From NCBI RefSeq assembly GCF_963921235.1, contig NC_086097.1:101062001-101126000 (forward strand): a stretch of 64,000 bases of DNA, in the 5' to 3' direction. The DNA comes from Mobula hypostoma. Its lineage: Eukaryota. The translations under genes and the position numbers were made by a program. Of this stretch, positions 1 to 13,009 are shown piece by piece; the stretch's first letter is position 1; every line of letters starts with the position of its first letter. The notes beneath the pieces are model-generated. The model did no database searches. It saw only the letters and a program-made list of their open reading frames with translations, and was not told the origin of the DNA.

Positions 1-1172
1 GAAGAACTTTCCTCCACCCAGAATACCCAATGTGTGCTCAACAGAGGGCAGAATAAACTGCTCCTGCCTCACTGCATTATTCAACTTTGTTAGATCACCT
101 CAGATCCTCACTCTGCCATCTGACTTGGGAACAGGAACAATGCCCCCACACCAGTCAATAGGTCCATTCACTCTACTTATGATGTCAAGTGCCTCCATTC
201 TCTCAACCTCAGCTTTGATTTTGTTCACCAATGGTACTGGTATAGGTTTCGTTGTGGTCAGAGAGTAGGGTGTCACTCCTGGCTTCAGATGGATAAGGTA
301 CCCCAGGCCCCTGAACAACTTCAGTTACTTCTCCTGCCACTGAACATTGTTTAGCAAAACCAACCTTGCATTGAGGTTCAGCTTCTCGATGGCATGTCAT
401 CCCAGTAGTGGTGAGAAGAGATTCTGATGAACGTAGACATCCTCTTTTAACTGTTTCTCATTTTTACGGATGGAAGTAGTGAACAGTCCTTTCACACTGA
501 GATTGTTTCCGTGGCTCATTGAGCACTTTCATTGTTGGGTTTAGCATAAAGCCTATTTTCTTCACCAGTTTTGTGATTAGACATTTAGAGACAGCTGTGA
601 CATCTGCTCCAGTGTCTATTTTGAATATCACTGCCTCATTTTGCAACAGAACCGTAATACACCAGCCTTGTCTATGTGAATCTGCAGCCCCAAGGAAAGT
701 TCTTTGTCTGAATCATGGTCTTCTTTGACCTCCTGAAGAACTGATTTTGAGTGACACCAGTTTTTATAATGGCCAACTCTATTGCATTGTTGGCATTTCA
801 CTTCTTTCACTGGACAGAGCTCTTTGATGTGGAATGGAGACTACAAAAGTCTTTTCTCTTCCTGAGAGTTTGACTGCCTTCTCTGCTCAGTCTGTGTCTC
901 TGTGCACTTCCTCAGGCTAGTGGCCCACAGATTATTACAATGTATCCACTTTTGGGATGGAGCTTGAAGGCGTTTCCCAGCAATCCTGGCCCATTCTCAG
1001 CTCATGCTTCATGGTGCATACAGTTAGCAAAGGCAATTTAGATTAATAAAACTCTGGATATTTTTCATAGATACATGCGAAAAAGAACAGTCTTATTGTA
1101 AATTCTTTCTTGTTGAAAATCTCACTTGGCCTGTAGAACCAATTCAACAATGATCAACCACTCTTGACACCA
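1..1172 (-). mobile_element. Degenerate Ty3/Gypsy LTR retrotransposon (gag zinc knuckle, protease, RT N-terminus, PBS-like site)
   Basis: Minus-strand ORF pieces in Gypsy order: CQQCNRVGHYKNWC knuckle (628-810), FKIDTGADVTA aspartic protease (464-646), WCGGIVPVPKSDGRVRI RT start (100-318), separated by frameshifts. TGGTGTCAAGAGTGG at 1158-1172 (minus) resembles a tRNA-Leu primer-binding site. Confidence 0.85.
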
Positions 1173-1353
1173 CGCTGTGTTCGATATTGAGCAATAGTGC
1201 AGAGCACACCAGGATGTCAGCATGCAGGATACTCAGCTGAACTTTATCGATAACCCTGCTTCTACAGTGTGTGAACTTCTCCCATGTGGCAATGGCTAAC
1301 TGAGTGGCACAGGAATAACACTTAACTATCACTAAAGCCAGAGTCAGTCAGTG

Positions 1354-1452
1354 TGAGAAAATACGAACTCCTTACAGACAGTGGCGATAAATGAACATAG
1401 GTCACTGGTACTGTAATAGTGTTATGCTAACCACTACGCTACAGTGCCACCC
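1354..1452 (-). mobile_element. tRNA-derived SINE head (V-SINE/HE1-like), truncated
   Basis: Minus strand reads GGTGGCACTGTAGCGTAGTGGTTAGCA (A box), a degenerate GTTCA B box, then TGTAAGGAGTTCGTA, resembling the SINE at 54.4 kb. Confidence 0.6.
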
Positions 1453-1454
1453 AA

Positions 1455-1740
1455 AGTCTGAAAGCACATACCAACAAGCTCAAGGAAAGCTTTTATCTTG
1501 CTGTTATAAGACTACTGAACAGTCCCCTAGTATGACAATAGGGGCTCTTGACTTTGGAACTGGGTTCTGTACTAACTGTAACTGTAACACTTTATTCCAC
1601 ATTGTGTATTTGCTTTTCCTTGTACTACTGCAACACACTGTGATGTCTGTATGGCTTGCAAAACTAACTTTTTCTATTATATCTTTATTATATCTTTATT
1701 ATATCTTCATACATGTGGCAATGATAAACCAACCAATGAG
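1455..1740 (+). mobile_element. Rex1/Babar-like LINE 3' fragment, degenerate
   Basis: Translates to TNKLKESFYLAVIRLLNS, matching the C-terminal motif of the copies at 30.4 kb and 60.8 kb. Confidence 0.5.
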
Positions 1741-1758
1741 ATGAAGACATAGACATAT

Positions 1759-2899
1759 GACAAGGTTCCACACGGTAGGCTTATTCAGAAAGTCAGAAGG
1801 CATGGGATCCAGGGAAGTTTGGCCAGGTGGATTCAGAATTGGCTTGCCTGCAGAAGGCAGAGGGTCATGGTGGAGGGAGTACATTAAGATTGGGGGATTA
1901 TGACTAGTGGTGTCCCACAAGGATCGGTTCTGGGACCTCTACTTTTCGTGATTTTTATTAACGAACTGGATGTGGGGGTAGAGGGGTGGGTTGACAAGTT
2001 TGCAGATGACACAAAGGTTGGTGGTGTTGTAGATAGTGTAGAGGATTGTCGAAGATTGCAAAGAGACATTGACAGGATGCAGAAGTGGGCTGAGAAGTGG
2101 CAGATGGAGTTCAACCCAGAGAAGTGTGAGGTGGTGCACTTTGGAAGGACAAACTCCAAGGCAGAGTACAAAGTAAATGGCAGGATACTTGGTAGTGTGG
2201 AGGAGCAGAGGGATCTGGGGGGTACATGTCCACAGATCCCTGAAAGTTGCCTCACAGGTGGATAGGGTAGTTAAGAAAGCTTATGGGGTGTTAGCTTTCT
2301 TAAGTTGAGGGATAGAGTTTAGGAGCCGCGATGTAATGATGCAGCTCTATAAAACTCTGGTTAGGCCACACTTGGAGTTCTGTGTCCAGTTCTGGTCGCC
2401 TCACTATAGGAAGGATGTGGAAGCATTGGAAAGGGTACAGAAGAGATTTACCAGGATGCTGCCTGGTTTAGAAAGTATGCATTATGATCAGAGATTAAGG
2501 GAGCTAGGGCTTTACTCTTTGGAGAGAAGGAGGATGAGAGGAGACATGATAGAGGTGTACAAGGTAATAAGAGGAATAGATAGAGTGGATAGCCAGCGCC
2601 TCTTCCACAGGGCACCACTGCTCAATACAAGAGGACATGGCTTTAACGTAAGGGGTGGGAAGTTCAAGGGGGATATTAGAGGAAGGTTTTTTACTCAGAG
2701 AGTGGTTGGTGCGTGGAGTGCACTGCCTAAGTCAGTGGTGGAGGCAGATACACTAGTGAAGTTTAAGAGACTACTAGACAGGTATATGGAGGAATTTAAG
2801 GTGGGGGGTTATATGGGAGGCAGGGTTTGAGGGTCGGCACAACATTGTGGGCCGAAGGGCCTGTAATGTGCTGTACTATTCTATGTTCTATGTTCTATG
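1759..2899 (+). mobile_element. CR1 LINE, 5'-truncated young copy
   Basis: ORFs 1900-2265 (GVPQGSVLGP, KFADD) and 2336-2830 (LYKTLVRPHLE); (TTCTATG)3 tail at 2879-2899; nearly identical to 39546-40952. Confidence 0.95.
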
Positions 2900-4671
2900 A
2901 AGATCATAGTTGCCCATAGCTATCTAACTGGTAAATTCATACTGCTTTATAGTTTCAAATGTATGAAAGGACAGAGAAAAACATATCTTACATTCTGTTC
3001 ATACAGATCAATTATTCATTAATAGATGAGTACAAATAGAGAATTTTTTTAAATAGTTACTGTACTGGAATCTGATGCAAAAGAGTGCTAAAAATATCCA
3101 GCAGTTCAGCAGCACTGTGGTAAGAAAACCAAGTTAAATAGATAACCTTACATCAGAACTGGGTGATTTTGATACAAGTGGAGAAAGCTAGTCATCTGAA
3201 ATGGTTCCACTTGATGGCTCCACAGTAGTGCTGATGCTGCAAAACTCCAGCAGCTTGGGTTCATTCCTATGCGTGTGTTCTCTCTGTATGTGTCTCTCAC
3301 TCTCCTCACCCTCGCTGGTCCACTCCTAACACTGGCTTCCCCGCTTATCCTTTTTGTACATTTAAACAAGCATCACCAACCGGTGAGAAATCTCATCGCT
3401 GTGGCCTGCTCCTGATGCTGAATGGGCGGCCGGAATATACACTCAGGTTTAGGATAAAGCGGCAATAGATTTGGAGGGGATCGAAGGAAGAATTTTTTTC
3501 CCCAACTCAGAGGGAGGCTAAACTCTATATTACTTTGCCAGAGTGGGTGATGAATGCAGAGATATTCACAACATTTAAGTAGTATGTAGATCTGCCAAGG
3601 TATGGGAGGTACAAATCAAATGTTGGTAATGTAGATGGATATCCAATGGTCAACGTAAACATGGTGAACAGAAGGGCCCATTTCTGCACTGTATTACCCT
3701 GTCAATCAATGCAATAAATGCAACATGCATGCTCATGGGTGCTGGATAGCTGGATGTATTGTCCAATGCATATCATGTACCAATATTCTCTCACCTTTTT
3801 ATCACTATACCTCTACAGAGAGAGAGCAATACTCCAATCACTTCCAAGTAGGCATAAGGAATATTGGAGTACTACATAATGAACTATACACTGCAAAGCA
3901 CATGTTGGATAGTCTGTATAGTCTGGGCTATTTGCTAGAAAGAAAGTGTTGTCCTAACAAGAGCAACAGGGTTGGTCTGTATTCCATGGAGATTAGAAGA
4001 GAGGTGTCTTTATTGAGATACAAAAGATCCTACTGAGCTTGAGGATAGAAGTAGAGATAATTTCCAAAAAGGAAAGGTCTTGAACAGGGGACATAATTAC
4101 AAGTGGCAGATCATTTTAAAATGAGATACAGAGAAATTTCTTCTGTCAGAGGGCAGTGAATTTCTAGTTCTAAGGGTGCTGGAGGCCAGATCATTTAAAT
4201 ATACAGTACATCATTAAATATTTGAAAGACTGAATTAAAAGCTATAGGGAACTGACATAAGAGGCTGAGGACAGCTCATTCAGCCATGACCACAATGAAT
4301 AGTGGGGCCTGGTGGACTACTCTGCTCCCATTTTCTTGTGCTTGTGTCAAACTATGAATACCCACAATCAGCTTGAGTACTGCATACAACTCACCACATG
4401 ACAGAATGATTGAACTGGAGAGAGTGTTGAAACCCAAAGTTGTTGTTGGAATTGGAAAACTATTTAGGAAGAGAGATTAGTTTGGAATAAAGGAAGCTGA
4501 GGGAAGAATTAGATGAAATATATATAATGATAAGGAGCCTAGATAAAGTAAGTATGAAAGATCTATTTCCAATAGAAGTGTGTCAGAAACAAGGAAAAGA
4601 TATTGTAAGCAACACACATAAAAGTTGCTGGTGAACGCAGCGGGCCAGGCAGCATCTCTAGGAAGAGGTGC

Positions 4672-4707
4672 AGTCGACGTTTCAGGCCGAGACCCTTCGT
4701 CAGGACT
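4672..4707 (-). ncRNA. Minimal type I hammerhead ribozyme motif (PLE 3' region)
   Basis: Minus strand: AGTC-CTGACGA-AGGGTCTCGGCCT-GAAAC-GTC-GACT, with intact core, AGUC/GACU stem I and palindromic ACGU in place of helix III. Confidence 0.85.
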
Positions 4708-5829
4708 AACTGAAGGAAGAGTGAGTAAGGGATTTGAAAGTTGGAGGGAGAGGGGGAGATCCAAAATGATAGGAGAAGACAGGAGGGGGAGGGATGGAGC
4801 CAAGAGCTGGACAGGTGATTGGCAAAAGGGATACGAGAGGATCATGGGACAGGAGGTCCGGGAAGAAAGACAAGGGGCGGGGGACCCAGAGGATGGGCAA
4901 GAGGTATATTCAGAGGGATAGAGGGAGAAAAAGGAGAGTGAGAGAAAGAATGTGTGTATAAAAATAATTAACAGATGGGGTACGAGGGGGAGGTGGGGCA
5001 TTAGCGGAAGTTAGAGAAGTCGATGTTCATGCCATCAGGTTGGAGGCTACCCAGACGGAATATAAGGTGTTGTTCCTCCAACCTGAGTGTGGCTTCATCT
5101 TTACAGTAGAGGAGGCCGTGGATAGACATGTCAGAATGGGAATGGGATGTGGAATTAAAATGTGTGGCCACTGGGAGATCCTGCTTTCTCTGGCGGACAG
5201 AGCGTAGGTGTTCAGCAAAGCGGTCTCCCAGTCTGCGTCGGGTCTCGCCAATATATAAAAGGCCACATCGGGAGCACCGGACGCAGTATATCACCCCAGC
5301 CGACTCACTGGTGAAGTGTTGCCTCACCTGGAAGGACTGTTTGGGGCCCTGAATGGTGGTAAGGGAGGAAGTGTAAGGGCATGTGTAGCACTTGTTCCGT
5401 TTACACGGATAAGTGCCAGGAGGAAGATCGGTGGGGAGGGATTGGGGGGGGACGAATGGACAAGGGAGTCGCGTAGGGAATGATCCCTGCGGAAAGCAGA
5501 GAGGGGGTGGAGGGAAAGATGTGCTTAGTGGTGGGATCCCGTTGGAGGTGGCTGAAGTTACGGAGAATAATATGTTGGACCCGGAGGCTGGTGGGGTGGT
5601 AGGTGAGGACCGGGGAACCCTATTCCTAGTGGGGTGGCGGGAGGATGGAGTGAGAGCAGATGTACGTGAAATGGGGGAGATGCGTTTAAGAGCAGAGTTG
5701 ATAGTGGAGGAAGGGAAGCCCCTTTCTTTAAAAAAGGAAGACGTCTCCCTCGTCCTAGAATGAAAAGCCTCATCCTGAGAGCAGATGCGGCGGAGACGGA
5801 GGAATTGCGAGAAGGGGATGGCGTTTTTG

Positions 5830-5973
5830 GATGGAATATAAGGTGTTGTTCCTCCAACCTGAGTGTGGCTTCATCTTTACAGTAGAGGAGGACGGAATAT
5901 AAGGTGTTGTTCCTCCAACCTGAGTGTGGCTTCATCTTTACAGTAGAGGAGAGACGGAATATAAGGTGTTGTT
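5830..5973 (-). repeat. Tandem reiteration of an internal 61-bp PLE segment
   Basis: 5830-5890 and 5891-5951 copy 5054-5114 (one C>T in the first copy); 5952-5973 copies 5053-5074. Confidence 0.95.
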
Positions 5974-6442
5974 ATAAAGATATTGTAAGTATTTCTTTGC
6001 TAGTGACATCCAACTTCTAAAAATGAATAACAAAGTGAGCATTTATTTTCCATCCCTAATTGCCATTAGAAGATGGGAAAACATCTTCTGGAATCACTAC
6101 GGTTCTTTTAGGTCATGGAACAGAATGGCACAAAACAGACCTTTCAGCTGATAATATCTGGGCCAGACACAATGCTGAATTAAATTAGATCCACATCACT
6201 CCATTCTCTACATATGCACGTGTCTAACAGTGTCTACACCACTATTGTAGCTGCTTTGTCCCGCTGTTCAGCAGCAGTCATCCAGGTAGGTGGAGAGTCA
6301 TACTCTTGACCTATGCTTTGCAGATGATGCAAAGTCCTTGGGACATCAGGGGTCCCCAACCTTTCTCGCACCGCAGACCGGTTTAATATTGACAATATTC
6401 TTGCAGACTGGCCGACCTGGGGGGTGGGGGAGATTGTTCAAG

Positions 6443-7116
6443 TAGGGTTAAACTCACCTCAACATGTCTTTTACAGTTAGGGTTGCCAACTTTCTCACTC
6501 CTAAATAAGGGACAAAAGTAGCAGTCAAATCCTGACGAAGCGTCCCGGCCCGAAACGTCGACTGTACCTCTTCCTATCGATGCTGCCTAGCCTGCTGCGT
6601 TCACCAGCAGTTTTTGTGTGTGTTGACGGGACACTTGTGTTCACCCCGAGAAAGACTACCACGACCATGAAGCCTTGCGCGGGCACCTGTGTGCGCATGC
6701 GTGACGTTCGCATATGTGACGTGCACATGCGCGTATGTGCCAATTTTTTTCCCATTAATTGATTTTGGCTTAATCTTCCCGACTACACTGTAAATACATT
6801 ATTTCTACTTTATATAGGCTGTGTATTTATCATATTATTAATGCGTTTACTATATGTTAGAATTATTTTAGGTTTTATGTGTTATTTGGTATGATTTGGT
6901 AGGTTATTTTTTGGGTCTGGGAATGCTCAAAAATTTTTCCCATATAAATTAATGGTAATTACTTGTTCGTTTTACGCCATTTTGGCACGGAAGGTTTCAT
7001 AGGAATGCTCTACCTTAGCAGGGGAAATACCGGACAAGGGTGGTCCCGTATGGGACAAACCAAATTAGCCCAATATACGGGATGTCCCAGCAAATACAGA
7101 ACAGTTGGCAGCCCTA
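6443..7116. mobile_element. Inner hAT-like non-autonomous element
   Basis: Ends TAGGGTT...GCCCTA with inner TIR pair TAGGGTTGCCAACT (from 6478) and AGTTGGCAGCCCTA (to 7116); 8-bp flanks TGTTCAAG (6435-6442) and TGTTCGAG (7117-7124). Confidence 0.7.
6528..6626 (+). mobile_element. Short PLE 3' fragment starting at a hammerhead motif (6528-6563)
   Basis: CTGACGA...GAAACGTCGACT followed by GATGCTGCCTAGCCTGCTGCGTTCACCAGC, homologous to 4610-4707 and 48050-48147. Confidence 0.85.
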
Positions 7117-7842
7117 TGTTCGAGTTCAACAGTGCGTGACAGGGAATGAGGAAAGCTGTAGCTGACTCATATCGCTTCCTCATGGCCCAGTAGCACATGC
7201 TTTGCGGCCCAGTACCGGTCCACAGCCCGGTGGTTGGGGACCGCTGATTTACATCACCAAAAACCAGTCCTTGTTGCCACCATATTTATATGGCCACTAC
7301 AACTGAGTTTCTGATAACACACTGGATATTAATTATGGGGAGTTCAGCAATTGCAATGCTACTGAAAATGTCAAATGTAGAGAATTAGATTCTCTGTTGG
7401 AGATAATCACTGTGCCTCACTTCCATTATGTGAACGTTATTTGCTACTTATCAGCCCAATTGTCTAGACCTGACTGCATACAGCCATGGGATTCTTCATT
7501 GGCTGAAAAGTAGTGAGCGGAATTGAATACTGTACATTCCTCGGCACAAACACCGTAGTTCTAATATTGTGATTGATGAAGCAGATAAAGATGAGTTTAG
7601 GACCTCTTGCAGTGATGTCCTATGACTGTAACAACTGACTCCCCACAACCATAATTATCTTCCTTTGTACAACACCAGCAATTCTGTAAATCAGCGAGTT
7701 ATTTTGTTATTGTTGGTCTCCCCTCTCGCTGTGCGATACCTCTCTCCCCCTTTATTAGAGAGAGGGATGTTGAATTGGTCAGGTGAACAATCAGTTTTTC
7801 TGTACTGCAGATCCTGGTCCCTCCAGCAGTCTTTGGTGTTAG

Positions 7843-10790
7843 ACCATAACACCACAGATATAGGAGCAGAAGTAGGGTATTCGGCCCATCGAGTCTGCTC
7901 CACCATTCAATCATGGGTTGATCCAATTCTTCCAGTCATCCCCACTCCTCTGCCTTCTTCCCATACCCTTTGATGCCTTGGCTGATCAAGAACCTATCTA
8001 TCTCTATCTTAAATACATCCAATGACTTAGCCTCTACAGGCACTCATGGCAACAAATTCCACAAATTTACCACCTTCTGACTAAAGTAATTTCTCCACAT
8101 CTCTGTTCTAAATGGACTTCCTTCAATCCTGAAGTCATGCCCTCTTGTCCTAGACTCCCCTACCATGGGGGGAAATAACTTTGCTATATCTAATCTATTC
8201 AGGCCTTTTAACAGTCAGAATGGTTCTATGAGATTCCCCCCTCATTCTCCTAAAGTCCAGGGAATACAGCCGAAAAGCTGCCAGATGTTCTTTCAACAGT
8301 AACCCTTTCATTCCACAAATCATTCTCGTGAATCTTCTCTGAACCCTCTCTAACGTCAGTATATCCTTTCCAATATGAGGAGCCCAAAACTGCACACAAT
8401 ACTGCAAGTATGGTTTTATGAGTGCCTCAGCATCTCACCCCTGCTCTTATATTCTATACCTCTAGAAATGAATGCCAACATTGCATTTGCCTTCTTCACC
8501 ACTGACTCAACCTGCAGGACTCCCAAGTCTCTTTGCATCTCTGCATTTTAAATTCTCTCTCCCATCTAAATAATAGTCTGCCCGTTTATTTCTTCCACTA
8601 AAGTGCATGACCATGCACCTTCCAACATTGTATTTCATTTGCCACTTCTTTGCCCATTCCCTTAAACTATCTAAGTCTCTCTGCAGCCTGTTTCCTCAAC
8701 ACTACCTGCTCCTCAACCAATCTTTCAATCATTGGCAAATTTAGCCACAAATCCATTAATCCCATAGTCCAAATCATTGACATACATCGTAAAAAGCAGC
8801 GGTCCCAACACGAGCCCTGTGGAATTCCACTGGTAACTGGCAGCCAGCCAGAATAGGATCCCTTTATTCCCACTCTGTTTTCTGCTGATCAGCCAATGCT
8901 CCACTTACACTAGTAACTTCCCTGTAATTCCATGGGCTAAGCAGCCCCATGAGTAGTACCTTGTCAAAGGCCTTCTGAAAATCTAAGTACACCACAGCTA
9001 CTATATTTCCTTTGTCTACCCTGCTTGTAATTTCCTCAAAAAATTGCAGTAGGTTAGTCGGGTAGGATTTTCCTTTCAGGAAACCATGCTGGCTTTGGCC
9101 TATCTTGTCATGTGCCTCCAGGTGCTCTGTAATCTCATCCCTAACAATCAATTCCAACAGCTTCCCAACCACTGATGTCAGGCTAACAGGTCTATAGTTT
9201 CCTTTCTGCTGCCTTCCACCCTTCTTAAATATTGGAATAACATTTGCAATTTTCCAGTCATCCGGTACAATGCTAGAATCTATCAATTCTTGAAAGATCA
9301 TTGTTAATACCTCCGCAATCTCTCCAGCTACTTCCTTCAGGACCCGAGGGTGCATTCCATCAGACTCAGGAAATTTATCCACCCTCAGACCATTAACCTT
9401 CCTGAGCACCTTCTCTGTCGTAATTTTCACTGCACGTACTTCACTTCCCTGACACTCTTGAATGTCCAGTACATTGCAGATATCCACTGTGAAGACTGAT
9501 GCAAAATATGCATTCAGTTCCTCTGCCATCTCTGTGTCTCTCATTACAATATCTCCAGCATCATTTTCTATTGTCCTATATCTACCCTCGACTCTCTTTT
9601 ACCCTTTGTATACTAAAAAAAAGCTTTTAATATCTTATTTGATATTAGTCGCCAGCTTCCTTTCATAATTCATCTTTTTCTTCCTAATGACCTTCTTAGT
9701 TTCCTTCTGCAAATTTGTAAAAGCTTCCCAAACCTCTATCTTCCCACTAGCTTTGGCTTTCTTGTATGCCCTCTCTTTTGCTTTTACTTTGGCTCTGACT
9801 TCACTACTCAGCCATGGTAGCGTCCTTCTCCCATTTGAAAATTCTTCTTATTTGGAATATATCTGTCTTGCACATCCTTCATTCTTTGCAGATACTCCAG
9901 CCATTGCTGCTCTGCTGTCCTTCCCATTAGTGTCCCTTTCCAGTCAACTTTAGCCAGTTCCCCTATGCCATTGAAATTTCCTTTATTTCACTGAAATACC
10001 AACACATTGGATTTTAGTTTCTCCTTCTCAAATTTCAAAGTGAACTTGATCATATTGTTTTCACTGTTCCCTAAGGGTTCCTTAACCTTAAGTTCTCTTA
10101 TCACCTTCAGATCATTGCACAACACCCAATTCAGCACACCCAATCACCTAGTGGGCTCAACAAGAAGCTGTTCTAAAAAGCCATCCCTTAAACATTCTAC
10201 AACTTCTCTCTCGAGGTCTAGTATTGACCTGGTTTTCCCAATCCACTTTCATGTTAAAATCCCCGATGATTATCATGACTTTGCCCTCTGACATGCCTTT
10301 TCTATCTCCTGCTGTAATTTGAAATCCACATCCTAGCTATTGTTTGGAGGCCTGTATACACTGCCATTAAGGTCCTTTTACCATTACCATTAACTCAACC
10401 TGTAGAGACTCTACACCTTCCGATCCTATGTCATCCCTTTCTAATGATTTAATATTATTTCTTAAACACACAGCCACACCACACCCTCTGCCTACTAACC
10501 TATCTTTCCGATACATCATATATCCTTGGATGTTCAGCTCCCAATGGCAGCCATCCTTTAGCCAAGCTTCAGAGATGTCCACAACGTCATACTTGCCAAT
10601 CTGTAGCTTCAAGATTGTCCCTTTTATTTCTTATGCTGCATGCATTCAAATATAACACTTTCAGTACAGTACTTGTTGTTTTCTGTTTTAACTGCACCAC
10701 GCCTCTATTGCCCTGTAACTCATCCTACTGGCTGTGCTTATGCCTCATATCCTGCCTGTCCTTTCTATCATGTCTGTTGCACCCTATCTT
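7843..10790 (-). mobile_element. CR1 LINE ORF2 (APE + RT), frameshifted
   Basis: ORFs 10367-10612 (APE), 8864-9544 (NYRPVSLTS, DFQKAFD) and 8195-8407 (YCVQFWAP). Confidence 0.9.
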
Positions 10791-10824
10791 TTGATTTATT
10801 TCTGTTTTTCCCCCTTCCTCAGCC

Positions 10825-10960
10825 ATGTATGTGTGCGTAATTTACATATTCTCTGTTACGGCATAGGTATCCCTGTATTTTCCACATGGCTATCCAAAGA
10901 CATGCTGGTTGATAGGTTAATTGACTACCATAAATTTCCCCTGGTATATGTGAGTGTCAG
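10825..10960 (+). mobile_element. Degenerate V-SINE core
   Basis: TCCAAAGACATGCTGGTTGATAGGTTAATTGACTACCATAAATT resembles the V-domain at 54.5 kb. Confidence 0.5.
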
Positions 10961-11564
10961 GAGAATTGAATGAGTTGATGCAAAAGAGAATAATGCAAAA
11001 AGAAATAAATGTGAGGATATGATTGATGGATAAGTTCAAGATTGACGTAATTTAAATGAACATAATAGCCTGCTTTTTTCTCTTGAAAAAAGTATGAGAC
11101 CTATGAGTCCTCAGGGATGCAAAGTACCCTTACGGAAGATGAGATGCTATTCATGAGCTCACATCAGATTTCATTGGAACACTGGAAGAGGACAAAGGTA
11201 GAGAAGTCAGAATGGAGCAAGACAGAAAATTAAAATTACATACAGCTGGAAGCTCAGGTTCACACTTGTAAACTGAGCAAAAATTTCTGCAAAGCAGTAC
11301 CTTGGTGCCTTTGACTTCTCCAATACAGAGCAGAACACAATATTACAATTCCATCATGTCTCTAGGAGTGAAGAGGAGGATTGCCAATCAACATTCCAGG
11401 GTACAGAATTTTAATGTGATGTGGGATGGTGGGAAAAGGTATGCTTTGTGCACTGGAAGCATTAATTAGTATAGAGTCATAGAGAAGTACAGCACAGAAA
11501 CAGGCCCTTGGCCCATCTGGTCCTTTCCAAAACCATTTAAACTGCCTACTCCCATCATCCTTTA

Positions 11565-12795
11565 CCATAGCCTGGAGAGGGACAGGAACAGACAAGTTAG
11601 GAAAGTGTTTATTTGGAGTAAGGGGAAATATGAGGCTATCAGGCAGGAACTTGGAGGCATAAATTGGGAACAGATGTTCACAGGGAGATGTACAGCAGAA
11701 ATGTGGCAAATGTTCAGGAGATATTTGTGTGGCATTCTGCCAAGGTACATTCCAATGAGACAGGGAAAGGATGGTAGGGTACAGGAACCGTGGTGTACAA
11801 AGGCTGTTGAAAATCTAGTCAAGAAGAAAAGAAAAGCTTACAAAAGGTTCAAAAACAAAAACTAGGTAACGATAGAGATCTAGAAGATTATGAGGCTAGC
11901 AGGAAGGAGCTTAAGTATGAAATTAGGAGAGCCAGAAGGGGACTTGGCAAGCAGGATTAAGGAAAACACCAAGGCATTCTACAAGTATGTGAAGAGCAAG
12001 AGGATAAGATGTGAGGGAATAGGACCAATCAAGTGAGACAGTGGAAAAGTGTGTATGGAAACAGAGGAGATAGCAGAGATACTTAATGAGTACTTTGCTT
12101 CAGTACTCACTATGGAAAAGGATCTTGGTGATTATAGGAATGACTTACAGCAGACTGAGAAACTTGAGTATATAGTTAACAGTGGGATTGAGTTTAAGAG
12201 CTGAGAGGTAATGTTACAGCTATATAGGACCCTGGTCAGACCCCATTTGGAGTACTGTGCTCAGTTCTTGTCCCCTCACTACAGGAAGGATGTGGAAACC
12301 ATAGAAAGGGTGCAGAGGAGATTTACAAGGATGTTGCCTGGATTGGGGAGCATCCCTTATGAGAACAGGTTGAGTGAACTTGGCCTTTTCTCCTTGGAGC
12401 AATGGAGGATGAGAGGTGACCTGAAAGAGGTGTATAAGATAATGAAAGGCATTAATCACGTGGATAGTCAGAGGATTTTTCCCAGGGCTGAAATGGTTAA
12501 CATGAGAGGGCACAGTTTTAAGGTACTTGGAAGTTGGTACAGAGGAGATGTCAGGGGTAAATTTTTTTCCCCTCTCCACACAGAGAGTGGTGAGCGTGTG
12601 GAATGGCTGCCAGTGACAGTGCTGGAGGCAGATATGATAGGGTCTTTTAAGAGACTCCTTGATAGGTACATGGAGCTTAGAAAAACAGAGAGCTATGGGC
12701 AACCTCAGGTAATTTCTAAGTAAGTACATGTTCGGCAGAGCATTGTAAGCCGAAAGGCCTGTATTGTGCTGTAGATTTTCGATGTTTCTATGCTT
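11565..12795 (+). mobile_element. CR1 LINE with internal RT deletion, nested in a minus-strand CR1 3' end (about 11470-11563 and 12796-12988)
   Basis: ORFs 11605-11865 (linker) and 12211-12723 (C-terminus); sequence jumps from linker to post-RT near 12175; TTTCTATG tail. Confidence 0.85.
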
Positions 12796-13009
12796 CTAAC
12801 CTGCACCAGAACCCTCCATGTCTTTACTATCCATGTACCTATCCAAACTTCTCTTAAATGTTGAAATTGAACTCGCATGTACCATTTGTGCTGGCAGCTC
12901 ATTCTACACTCTCACGACCCTTTGGGTGAAGAAGTTTCCCCTCATGTTCCCCTTAAACTCCTTACCTTTCATCCTTAACCCATGTCCTTCATAATAGTCA
13001 GCATGATAC

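Larger units (their letters stand above)
4610..5975 (-). mobile_element. Penelope-like element, 5'-truncated, with GIY-YIG C-terminus and 14-bp TSD
   Basis: ORF 5001-5327 has VIYCVRCSRCGLLYIGET (GIY-YIG). Perfect flanking repeat AAAGATATTGTAAG at 4596-4609 and 5976-5989. Confidence 0.95.
6347..7246. mobile_element. Non-autonomous hAT/Charlie-like DNA transposon (outer element of a composite)
   Basis: TIRs CAGGGGTCCCCAACC (6347-6361) and GGTTGGGGACCGCTG (7232-7246), 14/15 match. The flanking 8-mers match only 4/8. Confidence 0.8.

Noticed and set aside
5830..5973. CRISPR-like or satellite array
   Set aside because: No spacers; the unit is PLE coding sequence in a eukaryotic context.
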